Source: Raphidiopsis brookii D9
Lineage (GTDB): Bacteria > Cyanobacteriota > Cyanobacteriia > Cyanobacteriales > Nostocaceae
Assembly (NCBI GenBank): GCA_000175855.1
Contig: ACYB01000042.1
Location: forward strand, 90,001-122,000
DNA length: 32,000 bases
Reading direction: 5' to 3'
This document shows positions 18,020 to 28,673 of the stretch, piece after piece (position 1 is the stretch's first letter; each line of letters opens with the position of its first letter). Below the pieces are notes generated by a model that saw nothing but the letters and a program-made list of their open reading frames with translations, searched no databases and was not told where the DNA came from. The position numbers were made by a program, and so were the translations under genes.

Positions 18020-20062
18020 ATGAAAAGTAGTTTTGTTTTCTTCCCGGTTTTTTTATTGAATCTGTTGGTGGTTTTTCCTGCTTGTGCGGGTGCTAAGGCG
18101 CATGCTCTAGAAATAGATGGAAACCCAGCGATCGCCAGTGAATTTTCCACCACAAGTACCAGTTTACCAACGGAGCAAGATGATTCAGATATTTCTGTAG
18201 ATGTGATAGGAGAAAAAGACGTTCTACCGGAATCTACTCCCACATATATCATTGACAAAGAGGAGATTCAAAAGCAAGGTGCGACAAATGTAGCTGACGT
18301 TTTAAAAAGAATGCCCGGTTTTACTATTAATAATGTAGGACATGGAGCAGATATTCACACGGGTACATACTATAGAGGTGCTTCCATTGATCAGTCTGTA
18401 TTTTTAATTAATGGGAGACCAATTAACACTAATATTAGTACCTATCATGGAGCTACGGATTTAAATAGTATTCCCGTAGAATCCATCGAAAGAATTGAAT
18501 TATATAGTGGTGGTGCTGCTTCTTTGTATGGTTCCTCTGCTTTTGGTGGTGTGGTTAACATCATCACTAAAGAAGGTTCTTCCAAGCCAAAACTTACTGG
18601 TACTGTAGAATTTGGCTCTTTAAATTTTAATAATCAACAGTTGAGTTATTCCGGTTCTGGTGACAAGGTAAAATACAATTTGAGTTTTGAAAGATTCTTC
18701 ATAGACAACCGTTATCCCGTACCTGAAGGAGCTGCTAATCGGACTGATGGTTTTTTATTCAATGCTGATACAGGGGTCAGTACTTATTTTGGTCGTGTTG
18801 GTTTAGATTTAGATCCTAAAAATTCTCTAAATTTTGATGTTAAGACTATTAGTAGTCGTCGAGGTTTAGTTTATTTTGGTTTTCCCCTCCAAAGGGATAG
18901 ATTAGACCATGATGCTGTGAATGTTGGGGTATCCTGGAAGACTAAATTGGGTCAAGATAATGATTCTAATCTCACAACCACTATTGGTTATAACCAAGAT
19001 TATTTTAGTACCTATGGACCAGCTAGAGCAAAGGGAATATCCTTCAATCGTACAGGAATCCTAGATACTAAACAAATTACTGCTAGGGTGGATCATGAGT
19101 GGAAACTGAGTCCCAATAATCAATTACGTTGGGGGTTAGATTTAAAAGGTACTAATTTAAAGGGTGATGTTATTAGCACCAGCACCGACCCAGTACTTGC
19201 TGGCAAAAATGAGAAGGAAGATAGACGTGTTCTCAACACAGCTTTATTTGGGGTCAATACTTGGAGGATTACCAATGATTTTTCAGTTGATTTGGGTTTA
19301 AGACAAAATATTGACAGCAAATTTGGCAGTTATTTAAATCCTAGTGTGGGTTTAAAGTATGCGATTAATCCTGTAGTTGCAGTGCGGGGAAGTTGGGGGG
19401 GAGCTCAACGAAATCCAGGGTTGGATCAATTATATGTTTTTGATACGGTTCATAACTGGGATCCTAATCCTGACTTAAAACCAGAAACTGGTTCCAATTG
19501 GACCGCAGGGTTTGATTTTAATATATCTAGCAATCTGTCAGCACAGTTGACTTATTTTGGGAGTAGTTTGGATAATCGCTTGTCTCTTGCTCCTCGTCCC
19601 GCTCCTAACCCATTTCAATGGGACAATGTGGGATTGGTAAGTACCAATGGTTTAGAAGGAGTTTTACAATATAGGTTTGCTCCCAATTGGTCTAGTTTTA
19701 TCAATTATACTTACACTGATGCGCAAATTAAAACAGGAACGGAAAAGGGACGACAGTTGGGTTTGATTCCTTACTCTTTACTACAAAGTGGTGTAGGTTA
19801 TGAAAACAAAGGTTGGGCGGCTAATTTATATTTGACTTATAATAGCGGTACTCGTCGTGCTTTGTTCACTAATGCTGGTCAGCAAGCTACGGACTTTGCT
19901 CCTAGTTTTGTTAACTTGGATTTGAGTGGTCGCATTCCCATGGGTAAAAATGTGGGACTGACTTTTTACCTGGAAAATCTCTTGGGTGAACAGTATGAAA
20001 AGGTAAATCGTATCTACAGTCCTGGTTTTACTTTTAGAGTAGGTGTCAACGCTACTATTTAG
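18020..20062 (+). CDS. TonB-dependent outer-membrane receptor
   Basis: Signal peptide; plug domain DVLKRMPGFTINNVG...GTYYRGASIDQSVFLINGRPIN...IERIELYSGGAASLYGSSAFGGVVNIIT; C-terminal beta-strand ending GFTFRVGVNATI. Confidence 0.93.
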   Translation: MKSSFVFFPVFLLNLLVVFPACAGAKAHALEIDGNPAIASEFSTTSTSLPTEQDDSDISVDVIGEKDVLPESTPTYIIDKEEIQKQGATNVADVLKRMPGFTINNVGHGADIHTGTYYRGASIDQSVFLINGRPINTNISTYHGATDLNSIPVESIERIELYSGGAASLYGSSAFGGVVNIITKEGSSKPKLTGTVEFGSLNFNNQQLSYSGSGDKVKYNLSFERFFIDNRYPVPEGAANRTDGFLFNADTGVSTYFGRVGLDLDPKNSLNFDVKTISSRRGLVYFGFPLQRDRLDHDAVNVGVSWKTKLGQDNDSNLTTTIGYNQDYFSTYGPARAKGISFNRTGILDTKQITARVDHEWKLSPNNQLRWGLDLKGTNLKGDVISTSTDPVLAGKNEKEDRRVLNTALFGVNTWRITNDFSVDLGLRQNIDSKFGSYLNPSVGLKYAINPVVAVRGSWGGAQRNPGLDQLYVFDTVHNWDPNPDLKPETGSNWTAGFDFNISSNLSAQLTYFGSSLDNRLSLAPRPAPNPFQWDNVGLVSTNGLEGVLQYRFAPNWSSFINYTYTDAQIKTGTEKGRQLGLIPYSLLQSGVGYENKGWAANLYLTYNSGTRRALFTNAGQQATDFAPSFVNLDLSGRIPMGKNVGLTFYLENLLGEQYEKVNRIYSPGFTFRVGVNATI

Positions 20063-20127
20063 TTGGTTTACTTGGGATGGGGGAAACCCTTTGTGGAAGT
20101 TTCTTCCATACCCAAGAAATAGCAGGT

Positions 20128-21054
20128 TTATATTGGCTTAAACACCATTTGGGGTGTGAGAATCTCATTTTCTATTTTACCAATTCCCAAAAAGTTCTTA
20201 TGCTGTCGGTAAACCCTAACTACATCATTGAAACCAACTTCTACTGGCACTTTTTGTCCTTGACGCCATTTTTTGGCAATTGTTTCCTCTAAGTTGATAA
20301 ATGGTAAGTTTTCCAATGGTCTATCCGGAGCAATAGGTTCAAATGTCTGGGTCTGTAATTGGTTTTCTATGTCTAAAAAACTCAAACTGTTTTTTAAGTC
20401 AAAACCACTACTTTCAGTTCTAGTTAGTTTCACTAGTGTGGCACCTGTTTTTAACACTACCCCTAAATCCCGAGCGATCGCCCGAATATAAGTACCTGTA
20501 CCGCAGCATATAGCTAAATCCAATTCAGGAAAATCACTAGCACGCCAACCCAGAATATCTATTGTGAATACTTGTACAATTCTTGTTGGTGCTTGGAAGA
20601 TTTCTCCCTGTCGTGCCAAATCATATAATCGTTTACCATCCACTTGGATAGCGCTATATCTGGGAGGTATCTGTTGAATTAACCCGATAAATTGCCCAAT
20701 TTCCCTTTCTATGTCAGTTAACTTTAAATGGGGACAGGGTTCACAAGTAAGAACTTCCCCTTGTAAATCATCTGTGGTAGTTGTGATACCAAACCGGACT
20801 GTAGCTTGATATGCTTTATTGCTGGGTAAAAATTGCAACAATCTTGTAGCCCTACCAAGAGCAATGGGTAGTACTCCGGTAGCTGCTGGGTCTAGAGTTC
20901 CTGCATGTCCTACCCGTTTTAACCGCAGCAATTTTCTCACCCTAGCTACGCAGTCATGAGAGGTCCAGTTATCAGGTTTGTTTAAATTGAGAAATCCTTC
21001 CACGAAATAATTAGTACTTGCTGTATGTGGGTTGTTGTTCACAGAATGGGTCAT
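20128..21054 (-). CDS. truB: tRNA pseudouridine(55) synthase
   Basis: [53 protein letters not shown], TruB family catalytic motif. Confidence 0.96.
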   Translation of the reverse strand: MTHSVNNNPHTASTNYFVEGFLNLNKPDNWTSHDCVARVRKLLRLKRVGHAGTLDPAATGVLPIALGRATRLLQFLPSNKAYQATVRFGITTTTDDLQGEVLTCEPCPHLKLTDIEREIGQFIGLIQQIPPRYSAIQVDGKRLYDLARQGEIFQAPTRIVQVFTIDILGWRASDFPELDLAICCGTGTYIRAIARDLGVVLKTGATLVKLTRTESSGFDLKNSLSFLDIENQLQTQTFEPIAPDRPLENLPFINLEETIAKKWRQGQKVPVEVGFNDVVRVYRQHKNFLGIGKIENEILTPQMVFKPI

Positions 21055-21977
21055 TAATTGATCACTTGAGCAATAACAGTTCTGTGCCTAGGACTATTGC
21101 TAGTCATACTTATAACTTTAAAGCCAGCATCTATTAATGACTTCTCCATATCTAGGGTAAAGTAATCATCTAAATAGGGTTCTGTACTTTTGAGCAGGGT
21201 AAAAACATAAGTGGGCATTTTTTTGTAAATCTCTGATTGGGGATTCATGTCCATAATGGTCAAATGGCCACCTGGACGTAAAACCCGTCTTGCTTCCAGA
21301 AAGATCTTTTGAGTAGCAGACTGGGGTAATTCATGACACATTAGAAAAATAGAAACCAGATCATAGGAATTATCTGGCATTCCTGTAGACTCCGCTGCTG
21401 CATGAAGCCAATTAATGGAATTTTGATATTGAGGACTTTGCTGGGAACGATAATTAGCAACAGCTAAAAAATAGGGAGATAAGTCCAAACCCGTAATTTG
21501 GCTTTGGGGATAAATTGCTTGTAAAGCAAAGGTACTCATTCCTACACTACAACCTAGGTCTAAAATATCCTTTGGTGTTTGGGTGATGAAGGTTTTCAGG
21601 ATATGGTGGTAGCTTTGTCTAAGTTTGGCATCTCCGTCAACAACCAAATCTGGCCAAACCTTTGCATGAACTGCATAAGCAGCAGATTCCACCTCAAAAG
21701 CAGCTTGCCAATTCATATTACCCGTTTCGTATGCGTGAAATGAGGTAAGATAGTAGTCTGGATAGGTAAGTTGAGGATTTTGTACTTGGGCCAGGTCATT
21801 GCTCCAGTCTCGTGCTTGTAACTTTTCCACTTCTTGATGCCAATTTACGCCTATTTTTTGGGCCCGTTTAATCATCATTTCTCTTGCTTGGTGTTTAGCA
21901 AAATCAAATAAGGGCTTAATAGAAAGTATCTTGTTGACAAAGTTTGAAGTTAAATCGGGTTTGATAGCAGTAGTCAT
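21054..21977 (-). CDS. Class I SAM-dependent methyltransferase
   Basis: [38 protein letters not shown]; start/stop overlap TAATG with truB. Confidence 0.88.
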   Translation of the reverse strand: MTTAIKPDLTSNFVNKILSIKPLFDFAKHQAREMMIKRAQKIGVNWHQEVEKLQARDWSNDLAQVQNPQLTYPDYYLTSFHAYETGNMNWQAAFEVESAAYAVHAKVWPDLVVDGDAKLRQSYHHILKTFITQTPKDILDLGCSVGMSTFALQAIYPQSQITGLDLSPYFLAVANYRSQQSPQYQNSINWLHAAAESTGMPDNSYDLVSIFLMCHELPQSATQKIFLEARRVLRPGGHLTIMDMNPQSEIYKKMPTYVFTLLKSTEPYLDDYFTLDMEKSLIDAGFKVISMTSNSPRHRTVIAQVIN

Positions 21978-22021
21978 GTGAATGTTTAGATGATGAGCAG
22001 TTGATTCAGATTGTATGCTTC

Positions 22022-23656
22022 CTACCTACTGGGTTTCAATCCCAATAACATTTCCAGTTGAGTGGTGGACTGATTGGGGTTGTGAAACGTCATCCCAAAA
22101 CCGCTAATTGAAGATAAAATAGCATTTGCATCTGGTGGTAAGGGTTGACCTGATATACTATTGACTATGGGGATAGTTTTGTCCATATCCAGGTAGAAAT
22201 AACCACCGTTGGGTTTTCCTAGGGAACTAATTACAGACTTAAAATTGTTGCTTTTGTCAATGGTTTGTCCCTTATTGTCAGCCAGTTTCTCCCCCACTGG
22301 ACCGCCAACCGCCATAAATACGGTATCTTGGTCTGACCAACCATGGGTAAATAAAATTCCTCCCCCCGGAACCCCCCACTCCGTAATGTTTTTATTGTTA
22401 ATGTTTCTTTGCGCTACTGTTAATGACTGCTTTCTGGCTAAATCATCTAGTTTCTTTAAGGTTGTTTCCGCTGTCGGGCGATCGCTCGTATCAAAAACCA
22501 TTGCTATACCAAATCCACTATTAGCTAGTAGTCCTTGATTTGACTTAACTGCGCTCCAAGCAAACTCTCCATCCATCCAGCTAAATATGTCCTTATTGAG
22601 ATCAATATTAGCATTGTTTTGGAATTGTTGTTTTACTTGTTGAATCCCTTGCCAAATTTGAGGATCATTTTTTGATTCGTCTACGAAACTTAGCCAGGTG
22701 CGATTAATGTTTTTCCCGGTGACCAAACCAATAGTGTCTTCAGGAATCAGTTCCAGTATTTTGGAAGAACTGCTTTGATACTCTACCGTATTGAGCTTAG
22801 GATCTAAATTTACCACTGCTTTAAATCTTAGTCCCCAATCATCAATCCCAACTTTAGCTACTAGTGATTTTACTCGCTTAATTTGTTCTAAAACTTGTGG
22901 TTGTAATTGTCCACCATTCGGATTTGACGCACTCAATTCCTTGATCATTCTACCATAATCAGGTACGTATACTTGACCTAGACTATTTTGTAAATCTACT
23001 GTTTGAGTAAGAATACTTTTACTTGCTTCCCCATTTGCAAAGGAAGGTTGACCTTTAAAGGTATCAATGGCCTTTTCTACAGTTTCTTTTTGATCAGATA
23101 ATAGTATATATGCATTGTTCAGCAGACAAAGATAACTAGACTTACTCTTGTTATTACTAGAAATAATTTTCTCCCCCTTGTAGTTAGACTCCTCAGTTTT
23201 GAGAGTCTTTTGCTGTCTCAATTTATTAGCAAAATTTAGGGCACCAAACTTATCCTTAATGCCAACTACTAGTAGGTTAGGTGCTGAGAGAGATAAATTC
23301 CCATTAGGGTTTGATGGTAATACAGCAAGGGTGACACCACCAATCCAGGGTTGGATATCCTTTTCATAGGAAATATTGTTTTCAAATATACTTTGATTGA
23401 CGGACTGCAATCGTTGAGTTACTACTTGTCGCGCTTGGGAAGTACCAAATTTGCCCAGTTTACTCCACAGTTGTGGGTCCGTATTGAAGTAAGTTACCAT
23501 TAAAGTGTTGCTAGGAATTAATTTAGCAACCTCTAATGGACTGTCACTTCCAAAAGAATTTAGGTATACATAAGTAGATATACCCCCCGCAACCACTATA
23601 GTAGCGCCAACAGCGGGAATTAGGAACTTGGATTTACTCTTAGTCATCATCATCAT
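22022..23656 (-). CDS. DUF3352-like membrane-anchored/secreted protein (start ambiguous among consecutive Met codons)
   Basis: N-terminal TM KSKFLIPAVGATIVVAGGISTYVYL; LKLIPSNTLMVTYFNTD-like region; ORF with MMMM start region. Confidence 0.65.
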   Translation of the reverse strand: MMMMTKSKSKFLIPAVGATIVVAGGISTYVYLNSFGSDSPLEVAKLIPSNTLMVTYFNTDPQLWSKLGKFGTSQARQVVTQRLQSVNQSIFENNISYEKDIQPWIGGVTLAVLPSNPNGNLSLSAPNLLVVGIKDKFGALNFANKLRQQKTLKTEESNYKGEKIISSNNKSKSSYLCLLNNAYILLSDQKETVEKAIDTFKGQPSFANGEASKSILTQTVDLQNSLGQVYVPDYGRMIKELSASNPNGGQLQPQVLEQIKRVKSLVAKVGIDDWGLRFKAVVNLDPKLNTVEYQSSSSKILELIPEDTIGLVTGKNINRTWLSFVDESKNDPQIWQGIQQVKQQFQNNANIDLNKDIFSWMDGEFAWSAVKSNQGLLANSGFGIAMVFDTSDRPTAETTLKKLDDLARKQSLTVAQRNINNKNITEWGVPGGGILFTHGWSDQDTVFMAVGGPVGEKLADNKGQTIDKSNNFKSVISSLGKPNGGYFYLDMDKTIPIVNSISGQPLPPDANAILSSISGFGMTFHNPNQSTTQLEMLLGLKPSR

Positions 23657-23877
23657 CCTATCGGGTTGAAAATATATTAAATACAAATACTAACAAAGTC
23701 CATCACTAAGTTTCTGGGAGTAAATTAATATCTGCTTTATGATAACCTGGATATGGTCTGGGAAAATTTTGTTAAAGATTTCAAATTACCCAATATCAGA
23801 TGATACGAATTATATGAAACTTGGGTAATCTATTCTGTTGAAGAAAATGTTCAGGATGACAAGGCTATTAATAAACA

Positions 23878-26466
23878 ATGTTACAATTCTATTTTGATAC
23901 AGATAAAAAAAGATACAAATCTTTCGAACTACCAGGAGCTAAACCACATTATAATCCTGATAAGCCAGGAAAAGTAGAGCATATTTTTCTGAATTTGAGT
24001 TTAGACATTTACAACCAAACTTGTTTTGGTGATTGTAGCATTAGTCTATTACCAATACGAAATCACATTGATAGATTAGTATTGGATGCTGTCAACCTGA
24101 AAATAAAATCTGTCTTAATCAATGAAGTTGAGCAGAAGTTTGAACATGATGGAAAAAAGCTTGATATTTACTTGTCTGAAGGCACCCAGTGTGGTAAAAA
24201 GTTGTTACTAGCGATCGCCTACTCAGTAGAAAAGCCCCAAAGAGGAATTTACTTTATCCAACCGGACAAATACCACCCCCATAAACCAACTCAGGTATGG
24301 ACTCAAGGTGAAGACGAGGATTCCCGTTACTGGTTTCCCTGTTTTGATTATCCGGGACAGTTATCCACCTCAGAAATTCGTGTTCGTGTGCCCAAACCTC
24401 TCATGGCAATTTCCAATGGTGAGTTAATTGAGACATTAGAGGATGGAGATTATCAAATTTATCACTGGGTTCAAAAACAGGTACATCCAACCTATTTAAT
24501 GACCTTAGCCGTCAGTGATTTTTCAGAGATAAAACAGGCGTGGCAAGATAAAACTATCAGTTATTACGTAGAGAAAGGGAGAGAAGCAGATGCTGAACGC
24601 AGCTTAGGCAAAACTCCTCGTATGGTAGACTTTTTAAGTCAAAGCTATGGTTATATGTATCCTTACCCCAAGTATGCTCAAGTTTGTGTCGATGACTTCA
24701 TTTTTGGGGGAATGGAAAACACTTCTACCACCCTGCTAACAGATCGGTGCTTGCTAGATGAAAGATCCCTATTAGACAACCGCAATACAGAAAGTTTAGT
24801 TGTCCATGAATTGGCGCACCAATGGTTTGGTGACTTATTAGTAATTAAACACTGGTCCCATGCTTGGATTAAGGAAGGGATGGCCTCCTATTCCGAAGTG
24901 ATGTGGACAGAGCATGAATACGGACTAGAGGAAGCAGCTTACTATCGTTTATTAGAAGCACGTAGTTATTTAAATGAAGACAGTCACCGTTATCGTCGTC
25001 CCATGGTAACTCATGTTTACCGAGAAGCGATAGAACTGTATGATCGCCATATTTACGAAAAAGGTTCCTGTGTTTATCACATGATTCGCGCAGAGCTGGG
25101 GGAAGAACTATTTTGGCAAGCGATTCGCACCTTTGTTCAAGATTATGCTCACCAAACGGTAGAAACCATAGATTTATTGCGGTCCATAGAAAAAGCGACA
25201 GGGAGAAATTTGAGTTTCTTATTTGACCAGTACGTTTATCGTGGTGGTCATCCGGATTTTAAAATTACTTACTCTTGGGATGGAGATGGTAACCTAGGAA
25301 AACTCACAGTAACTCAAACTCAAGCTAGTGATGAAAGAGATCTATTTGACCTCAAGATTCCCATTGGTTTTGGTTATAGAGCGGAAAAATCCCCCCTGAA
25401 AACCTTTATTGTGCGGATTAATGAACGAGAACAAAGTTTTTACTTTCCTTTGGGAGAAAAACCAGATTTTATCAGTTTTGATGTAGGCAATAATTTTTTA
25501 AAAACTGTAGTTTTGGAATATCCCCTACCAGAACTAAAAGCCCAGTTAGAATGTGACCCCCATCCAGTTTCTCGTATTTATGCAGCAGAAGCACTAGCCA
25601 AAAAAGGTGGTTGGGAGGTTATAAAAGCTTTATCCAACGCCTTACAAAACGATCCCTTTTGGGGTGTGAGAGCAGAAGTTGCCAAAAACCTGGCAGAAGT
25701 TAAGCTAGATCAGGTCTTTGAGAGTTTAGTTTCTGGGTTGGGAGATACCAGTCCCTTTGTGCGAGTAGCGGTGGTTGAGTCCCTATCTCAAATCAAAACC
25801 TATTCTAGTTATCAAGCTGTGAAAGAACTGGTAGAAAAAGGAGACCAAAGCTATTATGTAGAAGCTGCAGCTTGTCAAAGTTTGGGATTAATTAGTGCTA
25901 CTAACCTAGATGAAAACATTGATGAAGATATTACAATTAACTTATTGGCATCTGTTTTACAATCAAGAGCAGGTTGGAATGAAATAGTTAGAAGTGGTGC
26001 AATTGCTGGATTATCACAATTTAACACATCAGAAGCTGCCTTAAATTTAGTCTTAGAATACAGCAAACTAGGGGTTTCTCAAGCATTGCGATTATCTGCT
26101 ATTAAAGCTTTGGGTAAAATTTCCCTAGGTCAAAGTCCAGCCAATCTAGAACGAATTTTAGGTCAATTAGGAGAAATAGCTAAGGAGACATTCTTTTTAA
26201 CCCAAATCGCTGTAATCAGCGCTTTAGGAAAAATGGAAACACCAAAAGCAATTGGCATTTTACAAAGTCTAGCTGATCAAACCTCTGATGGAAGGGTTAG
26301 ACGCTACGCACAGGAAGAAATTCCTAAAGTTCAAAAGCACATTGGATCAGAAAAAAGTCTCCGTCACATGCGTGAAGAATTAGACCAGCTCAAACAACAA
26401 AATCAGGAGTTAAGAAGTCGTCTGGAGAATTTAGAAGCCAAATCCAAGACAGTTGCTAAAACTTAG
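23878..26466 (+). CDS. M1 family aminopeptidase with C-terminal HEAT-like repeats and coiled-coil tail
   Basis: GGMENTS...; HELAHQWFGDLLVIKHWSHAWIKEGMASYSE zinc site; HEAT-like repeats in the C-terminal third; tail EELDQLKQQNQELRSRLENLEAK. Confidence 0.92.
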   Translation: MLQFYFDTDKKRYKSFELPGAKPHYNPDKPGKVEHIFLNLSLDIYNQTCFGDCSISLLPIRNHIDRLVLDAVNLKIKSVLINEVEQKFEHDGKKLDIYLSEGTQCGKKLLLAIAYSVEKPQRGIYFIQPDKYHPHKPTQVWTQGEDEDSRYWFPCFDYPGQLSTSEIRVRVPKPLMAISNGELIETLEDGDYQIYHWVQKQVHPTYLMTLAVSDFSEIKQAWQDKTISYYVEKGREADAERSLGKTPRMVDFLSQSYGYMYPYPKYAQVCVDDFIFGGMENTSTTLLTDRCLLDERSLLDNRNTESLVVHELAHQWFGDLLVIKHWSHAWIKEGMASYSEVMWTEHEYGLEEAAYYRLLEARSYLNEDSHRYRRPMVTHVYREAIELYDRHIYEKGSCVYHMIRAELGEELFWQAIRTFVQDYAHQTVETIDLLRSIEKATGRNLSFLFDQYVYRGGHPDFKITYSWDGDGNLGKLTVTQTQASDERDLFDLKIPIGFGYRAEKSPLKTFIVRINEREQSFYFPLGEKPDFISFDVGNNFLKTVVLEYPLPELKAQLECDPHPVSRIYAAEALAKKGGWEVIKALSNALQNDPFWGVRAEVAKNLAEVKLDQVFESLVSGLGDTSPFVRVAVVESLSQIKTYSSYQAVKELVEKGDQSYYVEAAACQSLGLISATNLDENIDEDITINLLASVLQSRAGWNEIVRSGAIAGLSQFNTSEAALNLVLEYSKLGVSQALRLSAIKALGKISLGQSPANLERILGQLGEIAKETFFLTQIAVISALGKMETPKAIGILQSLADQTSDGRVRRYAQEEIPKVQKHIGSEKSLRHMREELDQLKQQNQELRSRLENLEAKSKTVAKT

Positions 26467-26479
26467 AATTTACTGTACT

Positions 26480-27220
26480 CTAAAGAATTTGTGATAGAAA
26501 CTTTCGCGTTCTTTCCTCTTTAGGTGCAGTAAAAAACAAATCCGGAGTTGTGTCTTCGACCAAATAACCTTCATCCATAAAAATCACTCTGTCAGCAACT
26601 TCCCTGGCAAAACCAACTTCATGGGTCACTACTACCATGGTCATTCCCTCCCGAGCAAGATTCCGCATCACATCTAAAACCTCTCTCACCATTTCTGGAT
26701 CCAGCGCGGATGTGGGTTCATCAAATAACATAATTTTCGGTTGCATGGCTAATGCACGCGCTATGGCTACCCGTTGTTGTTGTCCCCCCGATAATTGTCC
26801 TGGATATTTATTAGCTTGAGCTAAAATTCCCACTCTTTCTAATAGCTCTATTGCCAATTCTTCTGCTTTGACTTTTGGCAATTTCCGCACCCAAATTGGT
26901 GCTAGGGTGATGTTTTGTAACACGGTTAAATGGGGAAATAAGTTAAACTGTTGAAACACCATTCCTGTTTCTGACCTGATGGCTTCAATATTTTTTAAAT
27001 CACTACTCAAGGTAATACCATCAATAATTATTCTCCCCTGTTGACATGCTTCCAGTGCATTAAATGTACGTATGAAGGTTGACTTTCCTGACCCTGATGG
27101 GCCCATTAAGACTACTACCTCACCCCGATATACTTTTAAACTCACACCTTTCAGCACATGGAACTTACCATACCATTTATGTACATCTTCTGCAATAATA
27201 ATTGCTCGTGGTGTTTTCAT
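26480..27220 (-). CDS. Polar amino acid ABC transporter ATP-binding protein (GlnQ/BztD-like)
   Basis: [82 protein letters not shown]. Confidence 0.93.
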   Translation of the reverse strand: MKTPRAIIIAEDVHKWYGKFHVLKGVSLKVYRGEVVVLMGPSGSGKSTFIRTFNALEACQQGRIIIDGITLSSDLKNIEAIRSETGMVFQQFNLFPHLTVLQNITLAPIWVRKLPKVKAEELAIELLERVGILAQANKYPGQLSGGQQQRVAIARALAMQPKIMLFDEPTSALDPEMVREVLDVMRNLAREGMTMVVVTHEVGFAREVADRVIFMDEGYLVEDTTPDLFFTAPKEERTRKFLSQIL

Positions 27221-27262
27221 CGGAAATTATGGGTTTGTTTGGAATTTAATTACCATTTTACC

Positions 27263-28606
27263 TTAGCTCAACTGTTTACCATGGGCACTAAATTGAGCAT
27301 TTCTGAGGGATTGGACGGTAAGACTTGCATCTTGTACCCAATACTGCTTACCAAACCGAACTACTTGACGGTAACTCCCCGCTTGAATTATTCCAATCAC
27401 AGGAACTTTGGCTTTATCTTTATCCCCCGATTGTTCTTTTAAAATAGAGCGTAAATGGTGTTGAGTATCAATACTACTGGCTTCATCAGGATTTAATTCT
27501 ACCACTACCATCTGAATTTTCTCTACCTGCTCTGCATCTTCCACCAGTAATTGGGTCTGTTCATCCCGTTTATCTACCTTCCCCCACACAATTAATCTGG
27601 CGTCAATTTCTAGTATTCCATTAATCCGCTCATAGGTTTTGGGAAATACAACTGCTTCTGAGGTTGTGGTTAAATCTTCAATTTGTAAAATTGCCATTTG
27701 CTCCCCTTTTTTGGTCATCACTTTTTTGACGTGATTCAGCATGACTACTACACAAACTAGATTTTTATCCTTTTGCTCTCCTAAATCGACAAGATTAATG
27801 GGCGCTAATAAGGATGAGGATTGTTTAATATTTTTCAAAGGATGGGCTGATACATAAAAACCTAATAATTCTTTTTCCATTCGCAGTTTTTCCTGGGGGG
27901 GATAGTCTGACACTGGGTCTGCTTTAGGTATGGACTTAAATCCATTGTTGCTACTTGTTGACGCGTTCCTAGTGCCAGCACCCATGAAATCAAATAGGTT
28001 TCCTTGACCAATAGCTCTATCTTTAGCACGGGATTGGGCCCATTCATATACTAATTCTAAATCTTTAACTAATTGATGGCGGTTTGACTCTATTTTATCA
28101 AATGCTCCACATTGAATTAATGACTCTAGGGTGCGACGATTGACAACCCGCAAATCAATGCGATCGCAAAAGTCACCTAGGGATTTAAATTCTGCTCCTT
28201 TTTCCCGAGCATCTAAAATAGCTGCGATCGCATTTTGTCCCACATTACGCACTGCGGAGAATCCAAATAGTATTTTCTGATCTGCTGGTGTAAAATCTAA
28301 CCCAGAACGATTAATATCCGGGGGATCAATTTCAATCCCCATGTTATTACAATTGTTGAGATATTTCTGAACTTTATCCGTATCCCCACTGTTAGCTGTT
28401 AACAGTGCTGCCATATATTCCAAGGGGTAATTAGCTTTTAAATATGCTGTTTGGTAAGTGACATAACCATAGGCGGTAGAGTGAGATTTATTGAAGCAGT
28501 TGGAAGCAACCAAGCCATTTTTGATGATAAAATTGTGGTCTTTGGCGACTCCAATGTCATAAACATCCGCTTTTCCTAAATATCGGCGAGAAACTATTTT
28601 CACCAT
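27263..28606 (-). CDS. dnaE: DNA polymerase III alpha subunit, C-terminal half with N-terminal split-intein fragment
   Basis: MVKIVSRRYLGKADVYDIGVAKDHNFIIKNGLVASN|CFNKSHSTAYGYVTYQTAYLKANYPLEYMAALLTANSGDTDKV, followed by the PolC/DnaE finger and OB-domain sequence. Confidence 0.95.
   Translation of the reverse strand: MVKIVSRRYLGKADVYDIGVAKDHNFIIKNGLVASNCFNKSHSTAYGYVTYQTAYLKANYPLEYMAALLTANSGDTDKVQKYLNNCNNMGIEIDPPDINRSGLDFTPADQKILFGFSAVRNVGQNAIAAILDAREKGAEFKSLGDFCDRIDLRVVNRRTLESLIQCGAFDKIESNRHQLVKDLELVYEWAQSRAKDRAIGQGNLFDFMGAGTRNASTSSNNGFKSIPKADPVSDYPPQEKLRMEKELLGFYVSAHPLKNIKQSSSLLAPINLVDLGEQKDKNLVCVVVMLNHVKKVMTKKGEQMAILQIEDLTTTSEAVVFPKTYERINGILEIDARLIVWGKVDKRDEQTQLLVEDAEQVEKIQMVVVELNPDEASSIDTQHHLRSILKEQSGDKDKAKVPVIGIIQAGSYRQVVRFGKQYWVQDASLTVQSLRNAQFSAHGKQLS
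28499..28606 (-). other. Split intein C-terminal fragment (Int-C, 36 codons) of DnaE
   Basis: Intein C-terminal motifs ending HNF...NGLVASN directly before Cys+1 (CFN), as in known cyanobacterial DnaE inteins. Confidence 0.94.
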
Positions 28607-28673
28607 ATACAACCCTAGGGGAGAAAGTTGTGGTATTATTTGCCATTATAAGCCGAATCTATAATAACCAACA

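Noticed and set aside
20077-20292. Plus-strand ORF 20077..20292 after the TonB receptor
   Set aside because: Overlaps the conserved 3' end of truB in antisense, and the composition is unconvincing.
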